Origin: Bigelowiella natans CCMP2755
Taxonomy: Eukaryota; Protista; Cercozoa
Assembly: GCA_000320545.1 (NCBI GenBank)
Contig: ADNK01000067.1
Coordinates: 38,715-102,714, forward strand
Direction: 5' to 3'
DNA: 64,000 nt
This document shows positions 25,913-39,698 of the stretch, piece after piece. Position numbers and translations under genes: made by a program. Under the pieces are notes generated by a model. The model worked only from the letters and a program-made list of their open reading frames with translations, searched no databases and was not told where the DNA came from. Numbering within the stretch: position 1 is the stretch's first letter; every line of letters starts with the position of its first letter.

Positions 25913-27348
25913 ACCCCTGGTACAATGTAGTCAGCTAAGCCTTTTGATGGATGCAAAACCACTCTAATTCTAACCCAAAGCATTGCTAACAACGACGTGG
26001 TGCTCGTTTGACTGTTGTTTATTCACGACCGTGGTCGTGGCACCCAGGCCGTGTCAGAGCTGGAAGAATACAACATTTCTGTTGTAAGATATGAGCGCTA
26101 TGTCCCATTCCACCCTGCCCGTTTCTACGAACGAATGGCCGCAGGGATTCAAGGGGTAATATGAGCATCATTTCATTATTTCTCCACAACTACCGTAACA
26201 CTCTTCGTATTCCTCCTCATCAAAGAGCTCTCTATGCTCTTTCTTCTTACGATAACGTATCGATACTTTCCTTAATCGCTTGATTCGATGTTGTAGGTGC
26301 TAAGGAGCAAAGGCGTCGTGTGGTTTGCCTCCTCGAATCGGCTCGCTGTGCAGTGGTCGCAGGTATTGCCCGCGGCTGTGCATGGGGCGTGTATGTGCGT
26401 GTGTGCTGGAAATGATGATGAAGATGATGATGATGACGACGATGAAACCGAATTGTGAGAGGGTATATGTGGAACAGATATCCTCCAGAAGTTAAAACTG
26501 ACAAATGCTTCCAACTTTGTTTTATTGTAGGCTGGTGGACAACAATTCTCGCTCAGTTCATCGGGGCCGTGGTAAGAAGAAGATACCCAAGACTCCCCCC
26601 TCCCTCCCTCCATCGTCCCCCTTTTCAGCTTGTATTCTGCCTGCCCCGTGATGACGCTTTGGCGGTGTTATTCAACGGGTTTTTAAAGCACTCCTCCAAG
26701 TCCTTACGTTCGTCCTTTTAACGACACGATGCAACATCGCAAATCTCTCAAAGAATAATCTTCCACCATATCGATAGGTTCGCCGAATCTGTGGAAAGCG
26801 AGCTGAAGGGAGTGGTTGTAGCTTTTCCCAACGAAATCCCTAATGCTTTTCACATCGAAAATATTATAAATCTTCTGAATATCTAAGATGATGAAATGAA
26901 ATAAGGCGATTCGTATTCCCCCCCCCTCCCCTTCCGGGGTATGCCCCTTTCTGTTTTGGGTTAGATCGAGCCATCGCTGATTGAAGAATTAGTCAAAAAG
27001 GAGTATAATTATTCAACAGGAGACCGAAGGTAGTGTAGGCTTGAGAGAGAGAGAATTCGGTTACATCATTACCTCACAAACAGCGTTGATCAAAACTGAT
27101 TTCTCAGGCAACAGCTGATGCTAATCGGCGTCAATCTGAACGAATCCAGCATTCACCAAGCCCTGGATGCGTGTTTGCTCAACGACACGGAAATGAATGG
27201 TGGGCCGCCAACATGGAGAAAGATGGAAATTGACGATGATCCTGTGACCCCATTGCTATTCCCTGCTGCTGCTGCTGCTGCTGCTGCTGAGAGCCCACAG
27301 CAGCCAGACGAACATGGCAATAACGACGTGCTGGAAGAAGCATTTTGA
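21542..27348 (+). CDS. CobW/COG0523 (ZNG1-type) G3E P-loop GTPase metallochaperone with N-terminal presequence
   Basis: RVPVTVVSGFLGSG|KTTL, IIVNDVG, NGCICCTLREDL, FDYILVESSG|VSEPMPVAETF, LDTLVTVVDA, QQIEFADKILVNK, PFHPARF, LRSKG..W, GDRRQQLMLIG, LDACLL. Start codon uncertain. Confidence 0.9.
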
Positions 27349-27952
27349 CAGATACGTTGATCTAAGTCACATATGGTGTGTGTGTATATACGGGGTAATG
27401 ATAGACACAGTGGTACAATGTACACATGAGCGCGTCAATTTGTGTCGTAAACATGTATGCGTATGCTAGTGCTACATCCATTTCATGTGCAATGGTGCAT
27501 CGCTAGATCGACACCGTGTTTATGTCGCCCAACACCATCTATGCATAGAGCACGTTGCACACGTAGACGACGCTTATTGTCACGCACGTCAATCTGGCTA
27601 GCTAGCTAGCTGGGCGCAGCGTAACTCATGCGTACTGTAACTCAGTGCTCAGAGTTTTCCGCTTTACAGCGAATATTCTTTTGATCGAACACTCTGGAAT
27701 GTCTAGATGTGCGTGCTCACAGATTTGATATCACAGACAACGTGTTATTGATGCACGTTTGCAATGCCTAGATGCACATAGCACACCAAGCTCATCACAC
27801 ATCGAAAATTTGTTTGCGGCGAGCTCAGTGATGTCGCTTCAACGCAACTCAATTGCATCTATACCAGGATCGGAATCTAGTCCTAGAAGGCAATTTGGAC
27901 GAGCACCCAGGCTGCATTGCTTGAAACCATCCCCGTAATAACGCATCCATCA

Positions 27953-29713
27953 TCATTCATCATTAGCGACCATGACGATGCCAGCACGGAAAAGGCTTCT
28001 AACAAGATCAACCTGCGGCAGTTTTAAAGCCCATCAGCACAAAGAATTAGATGGACGCCTCGAGGAGATCTTGATACCTGATCGGGAGGGGAAATATCGG
28101 GCAGATGTTCTACGCAAACGGCCTTGGGATACGCATTGAATATTGCATCTACGGCAGGTCCGAACCTGTAATGTTAGTTCAACAATGGTAGCTCCATAGA
28201 ATGAAAGCTTTGACTACGACGAGGGTGAGGTGGGCAAGAATGACAATAATTCTAGCCTTTTACAAATAAAATAAAATAAAATGGATTATTATCCCTAACA
28301 CCTTGGATGCAACTCGATAGTTTCTGAGTCGTCTCCAAGGCCTCCACGCGAGTTGGACAAGCAATGCACCACCCTGGTTGACGACCAGCGCGATTATTAT
28401 TCAATTTAAGCACAAAATACCATTCGAGAAACAGTGCAGACAATGTGCGTTCTTGTAGCTATTTCTGCATATCTGTGTTGCTACTGTAGTCCCCCTCTCT
28501 TATTACCTGATACAATCTTCACCAAGTACATACCTTCCCACGTTCTCCGCTGCATTGACGAATTCACGAATTCATGATGATGATATTTCGCTCATGTATG
28601 CACTTCTAGGACACATCCTTCCTCGACGCAATGTGCGTGCATTTTAAGATTAAAACAAACCGTCGATTGCCATTACAACAACAACAACACTGGTACTACC
28701 ACTACCACTAAAACTATCTACCTGTGAGCTTGACCCAGTCTCTCTTGCCTGGGATGCTATTCGCTGCTCCTGCTTCTTCCGCCGGCATTGATGGTAATGA
28801 CTCTGCGACAACATTTCGAGAAATAGTGGGGATGCGTCTTAGCATACACGCAAGCGAATGTGGCCTGATGTTCTTTCTCACCAGCCCTTCAAAACCAAAG
28901 TGCCCCCTCCCTTTTTTGTTTACCACGATGTCCACGAGATTCGCTCCCATCTCCCTGAAGTGTCAGCTTCGGCTGTAAGGATCTCTTCATTTGAGAGCGC
29001 GATAGGAATGGCCTCACACGGTAGCGGAGATGATCGATAGCAAACTGGCAGCCGATATTTCAAAGACAACAAAAAAGACAGCAGCCCTTTCAGATGAGAG
29101 AATCAGGTTGAATAGCTCAACTCATACCATGTGCTGTTTGTTGTACTTAAATTGGCAATATTTACAAAAAGAGACTGTCAAAGGCTACATAAAAGGGCAA
29201 AACAACAGCTTCTCCCAAATACAACACACTGCTTACTAAACCAGTCAATTCCCCAATCTCTCACCTCATCTGCTGCCGCATCTAGAGGCACGAATCCTGA
29301 GTTGAAAGCAAGCGTTCATTGTCATTCATTCTCATGATTGATTGCCATCTTCATTCACTACTAAGAGCATGCTGTGCAGCATAGAATGGCGGATCCATAA
29401 TGCCAGAGCAACATCTTAGTCCGACCGAACATGACCTTTTGCGACGAGTCTCTCAAGCATATCCAATGCTTTCTTGGTGAAATTCTTCCTTCTGAGAGGG
29501 AGACAGAAGAAGTAAGTAGCGACTGGTTTTGTTGTATCGTTCGAGAGAAAAAGTGCTGATTTGAGTGATAGTCATCATCATCAACGCATCAAGGCCCAGC
29601 AGTTTTCGTGATTCGTCCTTGTTTACCTCTCATCATTGCCATTTCCTATATGCTGAAATCCCATATACGAAGTCCAACCTTTGCAAATATGGCACGCACG
29701 ACATAAAAATACA

Positions 29714-29766
<53 letters not shown>

Positions 29767-29782
29767 GCAAAAACACACACAG

Positions 29783-29825
<43 letters not shown>

Positions 29826-29986
29826 CGCGCGCGCGGGCACGCGCACACAGAACGGATGAGGAAAGAGCATCATAATCTTACCACCATATTCACTACTTTC
29901 TGCGTGTCTCATGCGTGTTTTTTTTTTTACCCAAAGGAAGAGTTTTCCTAAATTCTTCATCTTGAACGGCCATATCCACAGCTCTG

Positions 29987-30032
<46 letters not shown>

Positions 30033-30224
30033 TGATAATGTAATATATTTATACTATGTACCTTGGAAGGACAACAGCTAGATAGTCAGCCCACGTATGA
30101 TGCTTTTGTAGATTGCGATTTAGAAAGAGATTCAACTGTTGTGGGACTACATGCTTACGCGCTTACGCGCTTACGCGCTGGCAATTGACATGTATATGCT
30201 GATGAATGTGCGAGTAGTATATAA

Positions 30225-30260
<36 letters not shown>

Positions 30261-31463
30261 CATATGTGGGTATGAGCCATCACCCGCAATAATTGTAATA
30301 ATAGACAAAATGATGGCGACCTGATTCGTGGAAAGATGCACATGGCATGATGTTGCGTCCTGCGTGTTTTCAGCGAAGTATATCCAGCCTGATAGGAAGA
30401 GCAGGAAGGGATGGGGGGGGGGGGGGGGGGGGGGAGGAGAAGGTAGATGTATTTATTATCATCATTATATTGCCTCGCAGAGTATACCGAATGTACACAT
30501 AAAAAACCGTGCTCGTAGCCGTCGAGAGTTGTGTTTTTCTTGTGTTGTGTAGGTTTCATCTTTTCTCTTGTCTATGAACATGCTGTGTGATGATTTACTT
30601 GCAGATAAGATACTGTAGTAAAATCAACACAAAACAAGGTCCGCCCCACCTCGCCTCTCCCCCTCCCCCTTCTCTGCTAATCTCTCACAGAGTGCATGGA
30701 GAGAACCTACCTCTCGGTATGTATAGCATATCGCCAGCCGATAACACCTGATAAGCAGTGCTATAGTGTGACAACGCTATTAACTACTACTACTACTACT
30801 ACTAATAATAATAATAATAACAATAATATTACTACTAAAATGACGACGGTATTTATTGCTCTGCTGCTAGCACCACATGATTTCTGCTTCATATTCAGCA
30901 AGGCACACGTACTTATGTGATGTGACTTTGAATGTCGCTCATTCATCATCCCTGCCCCCCTCCCCCCTTCTCCCTCTCCTCCTCTAAATGATAATAAAAT
31001 AATTACCTTATCTATAAAGGGGGGGCTTGGAAGATGCTCAAGAGGGATATCAGGCCTGAAACATTAACGCTCGTTAGCTGCTAAGCTAGAAATGATGGGA
31101 TCAAGTCAAAATAAATAATCGATAGTAGAGGCAGGTGGCTATACATCTCTCGCCTATTTCTCTAATCCCTGATACGACAGGGTTCGTGTAGATTTTGTCT
31201 TAGAACCAACATCGGCAGTCAAATCTGCGCTGCGACAACGTAGTTGCACGACGATTCCACGTCTCACATCATACAGAGCAAGCGGCCATCAGAACTCAGG
31301 ATATCAAAAGAAGCGGCAGCTACAACGACAACAATAATAGCAACAACAACCCGGGATCTAAAGGCAGCACCCCGCCATCCAAAGGCTTAAACACACGCCA
31401 TCGCATACTTCCATTTGCCTAAATAACGGGAGAGGAATGAGGTTTGAAAGTAGTAAAAACCCT

Positions 31464-31515
<52 letters not shown>

Positions 31516-33764
31516 TAATATCAAACGTGCGTAGGTCGCTTGGGATGAAGAACTCGCTAACACTACGCATTTACCATCAGAACGAAGTTGTCCACATCGT
31601 TCGCGTGCGGCGCATATCCTAAATACACGTCATGCACGTGAGAAGATGAGAGTCACGCGTCTTTCTGCTTGGCAGCTCGATCAGTGAATTACGCGTGCAC
31701 GATGCAAGCGCAACATCAATGAAGGCAAGAGAATATCAATAGCACGCAAAGCATCGAAGAGAGCCGTAACCTGAAGGCCTTCTGCCCGGTGTGATATAGA
31801 CATTGCAACCGCACGTCACACCAAAGAAAGAATCCTAATGGTATGTTACCGTTGGTACAAAGCTTTTTTTATATGATCGAGTACCCATCTTCTCGCCCCT
31901 CCTTCTCACTATCACTGCCATCGTCATCGTCATCATCATCGTAGTCAAAACAACTAATTGCTCGCAGAGGAAAGATGCCACGATCTCTCTATATCAATTG
32001 CTAAGGAGGAGATAGGAATACCAGTAAGGCCACCATTTTCCACGTAGTCTCTTCCCATTCAAATGGCCGATTTAACCGAATACTTGCGCCTGCATGCAGT
32101 GCGTAATTGCGTTAAAAACTCGGTTTCAGACTGAGCGTGAAGGCACTGCGTAAACGAGCATGATCGCACAGATTATTAGCGTGGAAAATAGCTGAATTCG
32201 GAACGATAGAACGAGGAATAGGCGCAAATATATAGGAAGCTTCGGCAATTCACCATGAAAAACGAATATAGTATTAATAAGATGCATTAAACGTCGTTGC
32301 GTATCAAGATCGCCACCACCATTACCATTTCTCATGAATTTGAGAATTTCATTCCTATTCGCCGTGTTATTGTGCGGATTCAAGAATTTCGTTCTGAAGA
32401 TAGGAGTAAACCAGCGCGGGAGGCAAGGGATGAAAATAGAAAAAGCCTTCCTTCTTTCATAAAACAATGGATTATATCGCTTACCCGTTGTTGAATTCAG
32501 TGACGTCGATATCGTACGCGTACCTCAAGGTACTAATTTTGTCCCGGAGGATTTCCTCTGAGCGTTTGTATGTGTTGCAGGAGCAGGCGGAGAGTAGCAA
32601 AAGAATGAGTAGGAAATCAGTAAGTTCGGCCAGGCGTAAGCTGGATCTATACTTGTCAATTATTCTTAACACAAGTATGGTTTGCGACCGAAGTGCTCAA
32701 GCTGGAACCATCCTTGGTAGTAGGAGGAATGGCCTCTCGCGATAACTCTGGGCTCCTTATCCAGGTGTTTCTTGACGAATTCCTGTTTCGAGAATTAGAG
32801 TAGAATCTGTGACGTGCGACGAGAAAATAGAGGGGGGCATGTTATTTAACACATCTGCGAACATCTCTACAGCAACAAGTTTATCAAACACATCTGCTTA
32901 CATCTATAGCAGCAGGGAATATAAGCCATTGGAAAAACTCTCTTGCTTGTTCTCCACTGTGCTTGAACACGAAATGCCTAATCATTTGTTCCTTAAATCA
33001 GAACGCTGTACTTCTACTTGATTCATTGCATTGACGCTGATCTTTGGCATCAAGAAGTTACTTATTTGCAGCGATCCCATGCCCATCTAGCGTCCTCACA
33101 GCATCTAGGTTTTGAAGCTGAGTCGTAGGAATAAGGCGCGGCAGAGCTTCCATGAGCATCTGGGTTAGGTTGGCCAGAAATAAATGTTAAATTGGCGAAG
33201 GTGTGGGTTCCAACACGCGTGTGTTGTGTATTTGTACATGTTGTCTGTACGTTTACGTTTGTGTGTGTGTGTGCGGGCGCGCGCGCACATATTTTCGAAT
33301 TGTTCTTGTTCAGGGGTCTTACAGAATCAAATCCGCTGCGAGCATCATCTGCAGACGAATTTTCACCATCTGTTTCCGGCGGGCAGCCCCCCCCCTGGGT
33401 CTCCCTGGAGCTCTCCTGGCGAGGAGGTCTATATTGTAGTGCATTATCGCAATGGTTATCACCAGGTCATACGGCTGTTTGTACGTCACGGAAACCACCT
33501 GCCGGTTAGTTTGCCTTTCTTTCCCGTCCACTGCAGAGGCCTCTTCTTCTTTCGGGATATGCCCCTCCCCAGGAAGTGTGAGCGGTGCTCGATTCGCCTC
33601 CCCATTTGCATAGCCTGGTCGACATGTACCACCGACTTCGCATCCTGTCTTCTCAAAAACGCAACAGTTGAGAGAACCAGGAAAGCGGTTGTAATTCGTG
33701 TCGCGAGGAGAGGCCGCTCCGGGCGCGGGAAGGGGTTAGGGTTCGGAAGCGCATCGTCATCCAT
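27953..33764 (-). CDS. Ribosomal oxygenase (NO66/RIOX1-like JmjC, cupin_4) homologue with degenerate active site
   Basis: Spliced: FFQWLIFP, EFVKKHLDKEPRVIARGHSSYYQGWF, LRYAYDIDVTEFNNG, GASIRLNRP, FGVTCGCNVYITP, GYAPHANDVDNFVLM|ANGSMRWRVF, VLSAGDMLYIPRG|WIYFAE, CHVHLSTNQ, TWADYL, EEFRKTLP, VPLDAAADE, LVRSLFRAGIV*. This is collinear with NO66 throughout. 5' end uncertain. Confidence 0.85.
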
Positions 33765-34123
33765 TCTTTGGCATTTCTATTGTTCTCTCTTTGAATCCTT
33801 TTAGACTAAAAATTAAGCCGATTTTGACCAGAAGATAATCATCGAATCTAAGAATATCGGAATCAAGCTTCATTATTGGGTGCGACAACCAAAATAACTC
33901 ATTTTTTGATATAAATGTTAATTACTATTTTAGGATAAAATGACCTGTATTTATCGCCTACGTCAAATACCTTTTTTCGAATAAAATTTCAGTAAACATA
34001 GTGCAATCGAGAACTAAGTGTTGTTTGAGAGCTAATTGGTGCTGCTTGCTGCACGGTTGGAAGTTGATCCCCTCGCTTCTCGATTGGCTGCTCAAAAGCC
34101 AGAAATCTGGGCTGCAGTTCAAG

Positions 34124-36252
34124 ATGGCGATGTCTACGAGGTGAAGAAACATACGAACATACGAAGTCTGTGTTGAGTGTTGAGTTGGGGGCGCATAAGA
34201 TTTACTTATGGTGTCGCAGTCAAATGGCGTACGTCTTCAAAGATTTTGTTGCTCGATCGGATGTAGAGGCTGCCACCATCAGATACAGGTCTTAATTGTA
34301 CGGACACAATTGACTTTAATGTCTGCTGAGTTGTGAGTTCATCAGGGGTAATGTCGAAAAATGCTTTGAGGATCTGATCAAGCTCATCCCCAAAGACAAA
34401 CGTTCGAAGTACATGTGCGATAAGATGTGGGGTCGATTGAAGCAGTATTGGAGGGTTTGCAAATCAATTTGAGGTGCCATGAGAAATTCTTATCACAATA
34501 TCGATAGGTGAGAATCCCTGCTCTGAGCATTCAAGAGGCTCCAAGGTATCAGTAGTAAAGAGTGTTGATAGTGTTGATGTGCTGAACAATGAAGTTGAAT
34601 AATGGTTTGTTACATAGCAATTCGATAACTGTGAGCAGCATCGGCACCCTCCGCAAATATCAGTAAATTCGAATTTGCTATTTGCTTGATAATATAAAGG
34701 ATAAAGGCATGATAACATGATATTCTCTCCTTCAGGTACGTTAGAGCAATAGGGACTGCGGAGATCAAAGCAGGCAAGATCTGGGTGAAGCATAGCGCAG
34801 GCTGGTCACTAGCGACCAGGAAAGGAGAGGTAAAAATGGTGTGAATTTTGAATAGTGACAAGAAATCGAAGTATCACTTTTAAGGTATTTATGAAGAGAG
34901 CCACCAAGCCGTACGCATTGATAGATGTTGAAAAGTGGTTGGTAAGAAAGGCAGAGCGTGTTACGGAAACTGAAGGAAAGAGTAAGGTTCTTATATTTCA
35001 TAAACTTGTATGGATCCAAGCTTACCTTTTGAACACAGAACACCTCAAGTGCGTCTCCGAGGGAGAGGGAGAAGAAAACCCAAAGAGAGTCTTCGAAATC
35101 GAGGTCAAAAACTAAGAGTAGAAGCCCTGCAAGAAAAAGCCATCGAAAGGTCAGATTCGCACCCTTTTTTGAGTAATGAGGGATTTGATTTTGTTTTGAG
35201 TACTGATTTATTTTCCTAAAACTCAGAAGTCTACCAAAGTTCCATCTAAAGAATCTGCCAAAGTTAGATCTTATGCTTTCTATTCTTGTTGAGTTCGTTC
35301 ACTACTTCACTACAGATTTTATCAACCTTTTTAGCAAGCTAAGAATGATCCTTTTGTTGAGGCTGCGAAGGTTTTATAATCATGCTGAATAAATGGCACT
35401 AATTGATAGACCTTATTTACAATTAAGCGCACGAATGAGAACCCAGCCTCGGATCCATTCGTCAAAGCCGCTCAACAAGGACAATCATCGGATCCATTTG
35501 TTAAAGCTGCTCAGAAAGGATCAAGATCAGATCCATTCACAAAGGCTGCTCAACAAAGCTCGACTGCTTCTCAGGCATTATAACATTACTATCGAGATGC
35601 TGTCACTGACCTTCATTCCTCATATCATTCTTTATTTAGGGTCAGCAAGCTACCCGCAAAAATAAAATGGAGCTCTTCCGCTATTCGGATCCCTCGCAGG
35701 ATAGGCCATATGGAGACATTAATGACCTAGCTTCTGCGTTCTCTCCCACAAATAAATCGGGGAGGCATGGCCAAATTCAACAGCAGAAGAGCTTCGATAT
35801 TCTTACTGATCTGGTTTGTTTTTAGATAATTTTCATAAACGCTATCAACTTTATTGCGTCTGATTCTGTTACTTTTATCTGTAGATGGCAGAAGATGGTG
35901 CAAATGATAGTGCACCTGAGGAGGAGACAATTGAAAGAATTTCTGAAGCTAAAGTCTTAGAAATTTTATGATTAGCAATTGTTTCAGATGCACATAAATG
36001 AATAATGTAATCTTCAAAGATAATTTTTAATTTTCAAATGGCAGAGCAATAAGACACCAGCTGGTTGGATTGGAAAGAATTTGATCAATTTTGAGGACGT
36101 TACAGCCGCTCTTCCAAAGGCAATTCTATATCAAACCAAATTTTATGTGCACATACTAAGGTGTTCTATACTTGAAGGAGGAACCAAAGAAAGTCACGAT
36201 GGCCGAACTGCAAGGAGAGACAGTCAATGTGAATGTCGGACGACGATTTTGA
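34124..36252 (+). CDS. Protein with N-terminal CUE/UBA-like domain and four DPF motifs (putative endocytic adaptor)
   Basis: MAMSTS|QMAYVFKDFVARSDVEAATIRYR|GNVEKCFEDL (CUE-like); NDPFVEAAK, SDPFVKAAQ, SDPFVKAAQ, SDPFTKAAQ; ends KVTMAELQGETVNVNVGRRF*. Short introns, two apparently GC-AG. Confidence 0.55.
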
Positions 36253-36868
36253 TCTAAATAATAAATGTTCATTACGATGAGCATCGGCAGTGCATTTACT
36301 GCGCGATGCACAATGTTGTGGGAATAGGGATTGACTTCAGTTTATGCTGATGTACATAATCATGTTGGCTCGCGCTAATTATCTGCTGATTCTATATTGT
36401 ACTGATCATGATTGTTTTTAATGATGCTTCTTGTCTTTTTGCTTGCTCGACGGCTAGACGGGGTTACCGCCACCCCAGCCTTGCTAGCTTGCTAGCTTGA
36501 ATTATAAATTTGCGCTGTCATGTCAGCATGAAGTAGTCTAGTAGTGCGCGTCACACCGATAAGGGCACAAATGAATCTGCCTGAACACAATGTGAATGTA
36601 ATGCAGCTCTCTTGCGAGGCACCAACGACGCTCCTGCCTACATGCTGTCATCTTGTCGTGCATTCGCAGTAGGCTTGTATGTGTTGATGAGCACGTCAAT
36701 CCTGCACGCGCGCTCATCTCTAGTAGATCTCTAGGTCTAGCTAGCTAGTATGGAAACTCATCTCTAGATCTAGTCATCTAGTCATGACAAATGATCAACT
36801 GTGTTCAATTCAAAATGAAATGAAGTAAGTATTTACACGGTCTATGTATGTCATAGATGTACGACGGA

Positions 36869-37849
36869 TCATTCGCGCATTCCATTAATCTCGTCGTCGA
36901 TGCAAAATATCCTTGCAGTCATTGAAGATGTGTCCAGGACAATGACTCCTTCACTTTGGTCATCCATGCTACCAAGAAGCTCACCTGAAGCACCCCAAGC
37001 AGCAGAGCATCCTGCACTTACGAAGTCATCGCAGACACCAATGGAATTAGACATGACGACTGGCATCTTGAATCGGCAGGAAATTTCCGGATAATGCTCA
37101 AATGCTCGGTTGACCCCGCGCTGTGGCTTTGCCACACTAGCTAGATACAATCTGGCTCCTCTCTCGTAAGCGTACTTTGAATGGTGCTCAAGGAGGGATT
37201 CGTAGCAGATTGCCAAGGCAGCCCTTTCACCACTGCCACAGTCGAGGATCACCTGCTCGTTTCCTGATACGAAATATGGAAGCTCATCATCATGCAGATG
37301 CTGCTTGCAGTAGATTTCACACGATCCGTCCGGATGGTATAAGAACGCGCCTATCTGCACACCCGCGCCAGTAGAGCATCGAATTGGAGCACCTACGATG
37401 ACAACGACCTTGAGCGTCCGGCTTAGATCGATAAAGACATCTAATCCTGGATCTTTTGGCCCTGAAAACGCCAGGTCATTGGCTAGCTTGGGTTCGTAGC
37501 CTGTCAGTGATAACTCGGGAAACATGACCACCCCGCATCCATGCTTCACTGCAAGCTTTATCAGCTCCAGATGGCGACTGATGTTTCTCGTGACATCTCC
37601 GGGCGTTGGTCTTATTTGTATCGCACCAATTAACGCAGAGGACGATCGAGAGGAGATTCGAGAAGAAGATGCAATAAGATTGTTTGAGGAGGACGATCTT
37701 ATAGCCTTCCTCTTCCCCATTATCTTGGTGGGAAGGGGGCGGAGGTGGTGCAGGGCCGAGCAGAATGGAAGCAACATTATAATCAAACCTATTCTCAATT
37801 TAGAATATTCATCATCGAGAGTATAACTATCAACTGGGAGATTTTCCAT
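36869..37849 (-). CDS. Carbon-nitrogen hydrolase (nitrilase superfamily), intronless
   Basis: Single 326-aa ORF with Glu-Lys-Cys triad motifs VMFPELSLTGYEP, YCKQHLH.DE.PYF and LAICYES; C-terminal SAG.SA.W...G.LL. Confidence 0.93.
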   Translation of the reverse strand: MENLPVDSYTLDDEYSKLRIGLIIMLLPFCSALHHLRPLPTKIMGKRKAIRSSSSNNLIASSSRISSRSSSALIGAIQIRPTPGDVTRNISRHLELIKLAVKHGCGVVMFPELSLTGYEPKLANDLAFSGPKDPGLDVFIDLSRTLKVVVIVGAPIRCSTGAGVQIGAFLYHPDGSCEIYCKQHLHDDELPYFVSGNEQVILDCGSGERAALAICYESLLEHHSKYAYERGARLYLASVAKPQRGVNRAFEHYPEISCRFKMPVVMSNSIGVCDDFVSAGCSAAWGASGELLGSMDDQSEGVIVLDTSSMTARIFCIDDEINGMRE

Positions 37850-38204
37850 CCGAAACTGCGTTCTTTTTCCATCCCATGTTTTTCGATATTTTTATATTCT
37901 AGAAGATATTTTTAGATATATTAAGGATATTTTATTGTCTACCGGAGCGCATCCATTGGTGCTCTAATCGCGGAGCAGAGCACTGACTGAGCGAAGACAC
38001 AATAACAAGGAAGGAAGAATCAACCTCAAGTGGCTCTTGACGAACCCCAAAAATGATATTGCAGCTCCATCGTCCCTCAAAAGCTGCTGAGATAATGACG
38101 CATTGTTTGGTTCTTATGGTTCTTCTTCCGGTTGCACGGGCGGACAATGTATTTACAAAAAATCAGGGATTGCTGGGAATAAAACAGAGAGCGAGATCAT
38201 ATAA

Positions 38205-39162
38205 ATGGGTGTGAGGACCGGATAAAAAAGGCTTTCATCCAATAGAAAGAGAGTTTATTGTGAAAGAGAAATGAACGGGGCTGCTTTGTGATCGAAGCTT
38301 AAGATTTTTTGCATTAATTCTCAGAAAGACCAAAGCGGCCTTGCTGCAGCAATTTTGCTCCCCATATTCTTCGTCGCCATCCCGGTTGTGGGGGTTCTCT
38401 TGCTCTTCAAAAGTCTTCCGAACATTCTCCTGGTGGACACCATGACCATATAGCATAACAACGAAAACACAAAGGATATGATCTTCTTTTTAAAAACGAA
38501 TACCTCATTCTCTACTTCTCAACTTAACTTTAGCCGAGCTCAACGGGCGTGATTTGGCTATTTTCGCTCCTTGTTTTAGGCATGGCAGGTATGAGTTCCC
38601 CGCAAAATCGTTTCCGACAATTATAATATATGCTTTCCAGAGGAGAGGAAAGATGTCGATCTCGTGCTATGAATTGTATGTTGTTTGCTCCCTATGCTTA
38701 GGACACGTGATCACCGTTGAAGATAGTGGAACCCACCCTTTCGACAACAATGCTACTAAATTCATGGCAGCAGTAGGTATGGTTTGCTCACGTAATTGAT
38801 TTTGCCTTGTCAAACTGATGATAAATAGTTTTCATTTTTACATATAGAGGAAGATCGAGTCACCATATTGCTATCCTATGTTCATAAATTTTAGGGATTT
38901 TAGTGTGGCTCTACTCTTCGGTTTTTGCTGGGGCATTAGTTTTCAATTTACGTGAAAGGTATGGCCACTCAATAGAAGAAAGCATCATCATTTTAAACGT
39001 GCAACCATTAATGACCCCTACTGCCCCCCTCCCTCTTTCAGATTTACCCTTCTGCTCCGATATCTTGTACTCGGCATCGATGGTGAGCTAGTGTCTTCTT
39101 ATTATTACGCAGCAAACACCATTTTGTCTTGTGCATATACCTTCAGTATGCCGTATTTTTGT

Positions 39163-39208
<46 letters not shown>

Positions 39209-39650
39209 GATCCTCACACACGCAAGCACAAACACCGCTATCAAAGGTTTCACAAAGACTACTAATAACTACTGCTAATTGCTACAACCAACTACTGCCA
39301 CTACTACTACTCCCCCAGGCACACTCTTCTTATTGTTGTTCGTTGCCGGAATTGTTGCTTCTGGGCGATGGAATGGGTCGTATGAGCGTAGAGAATAAAG
39401 GGAAAGAAGGGCCATGAATGCACTGTATTTTGGTATCCATGCCCGCTCTCAAATTATGTGAGAAGGGTGATGAAGAATGTCTGTGTAAGCAGTTTCATCG
39501 CCCTCTTCTTTTTACCCCATCGTTATTTGTATGATCGCTTGTCGGCAGCATTATACATCGTTACAATTATCACCTGTAAATGTACAAATTAATGTGTAGG
39601 AACGACGGTTATTGCAGCAAGAATGGATCGAATAGACGTGAGAGAATAAG

Positions 39651-39698
<48 letters not shown>

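Noticed and set aside
38235-38456. Small minus-strand ORF / mitochondrial-leader-like peptide
   Set aside because: The plus strand gives a better spliced TM exon that joins the MARVEL gene; the minus-strand models hit stops.
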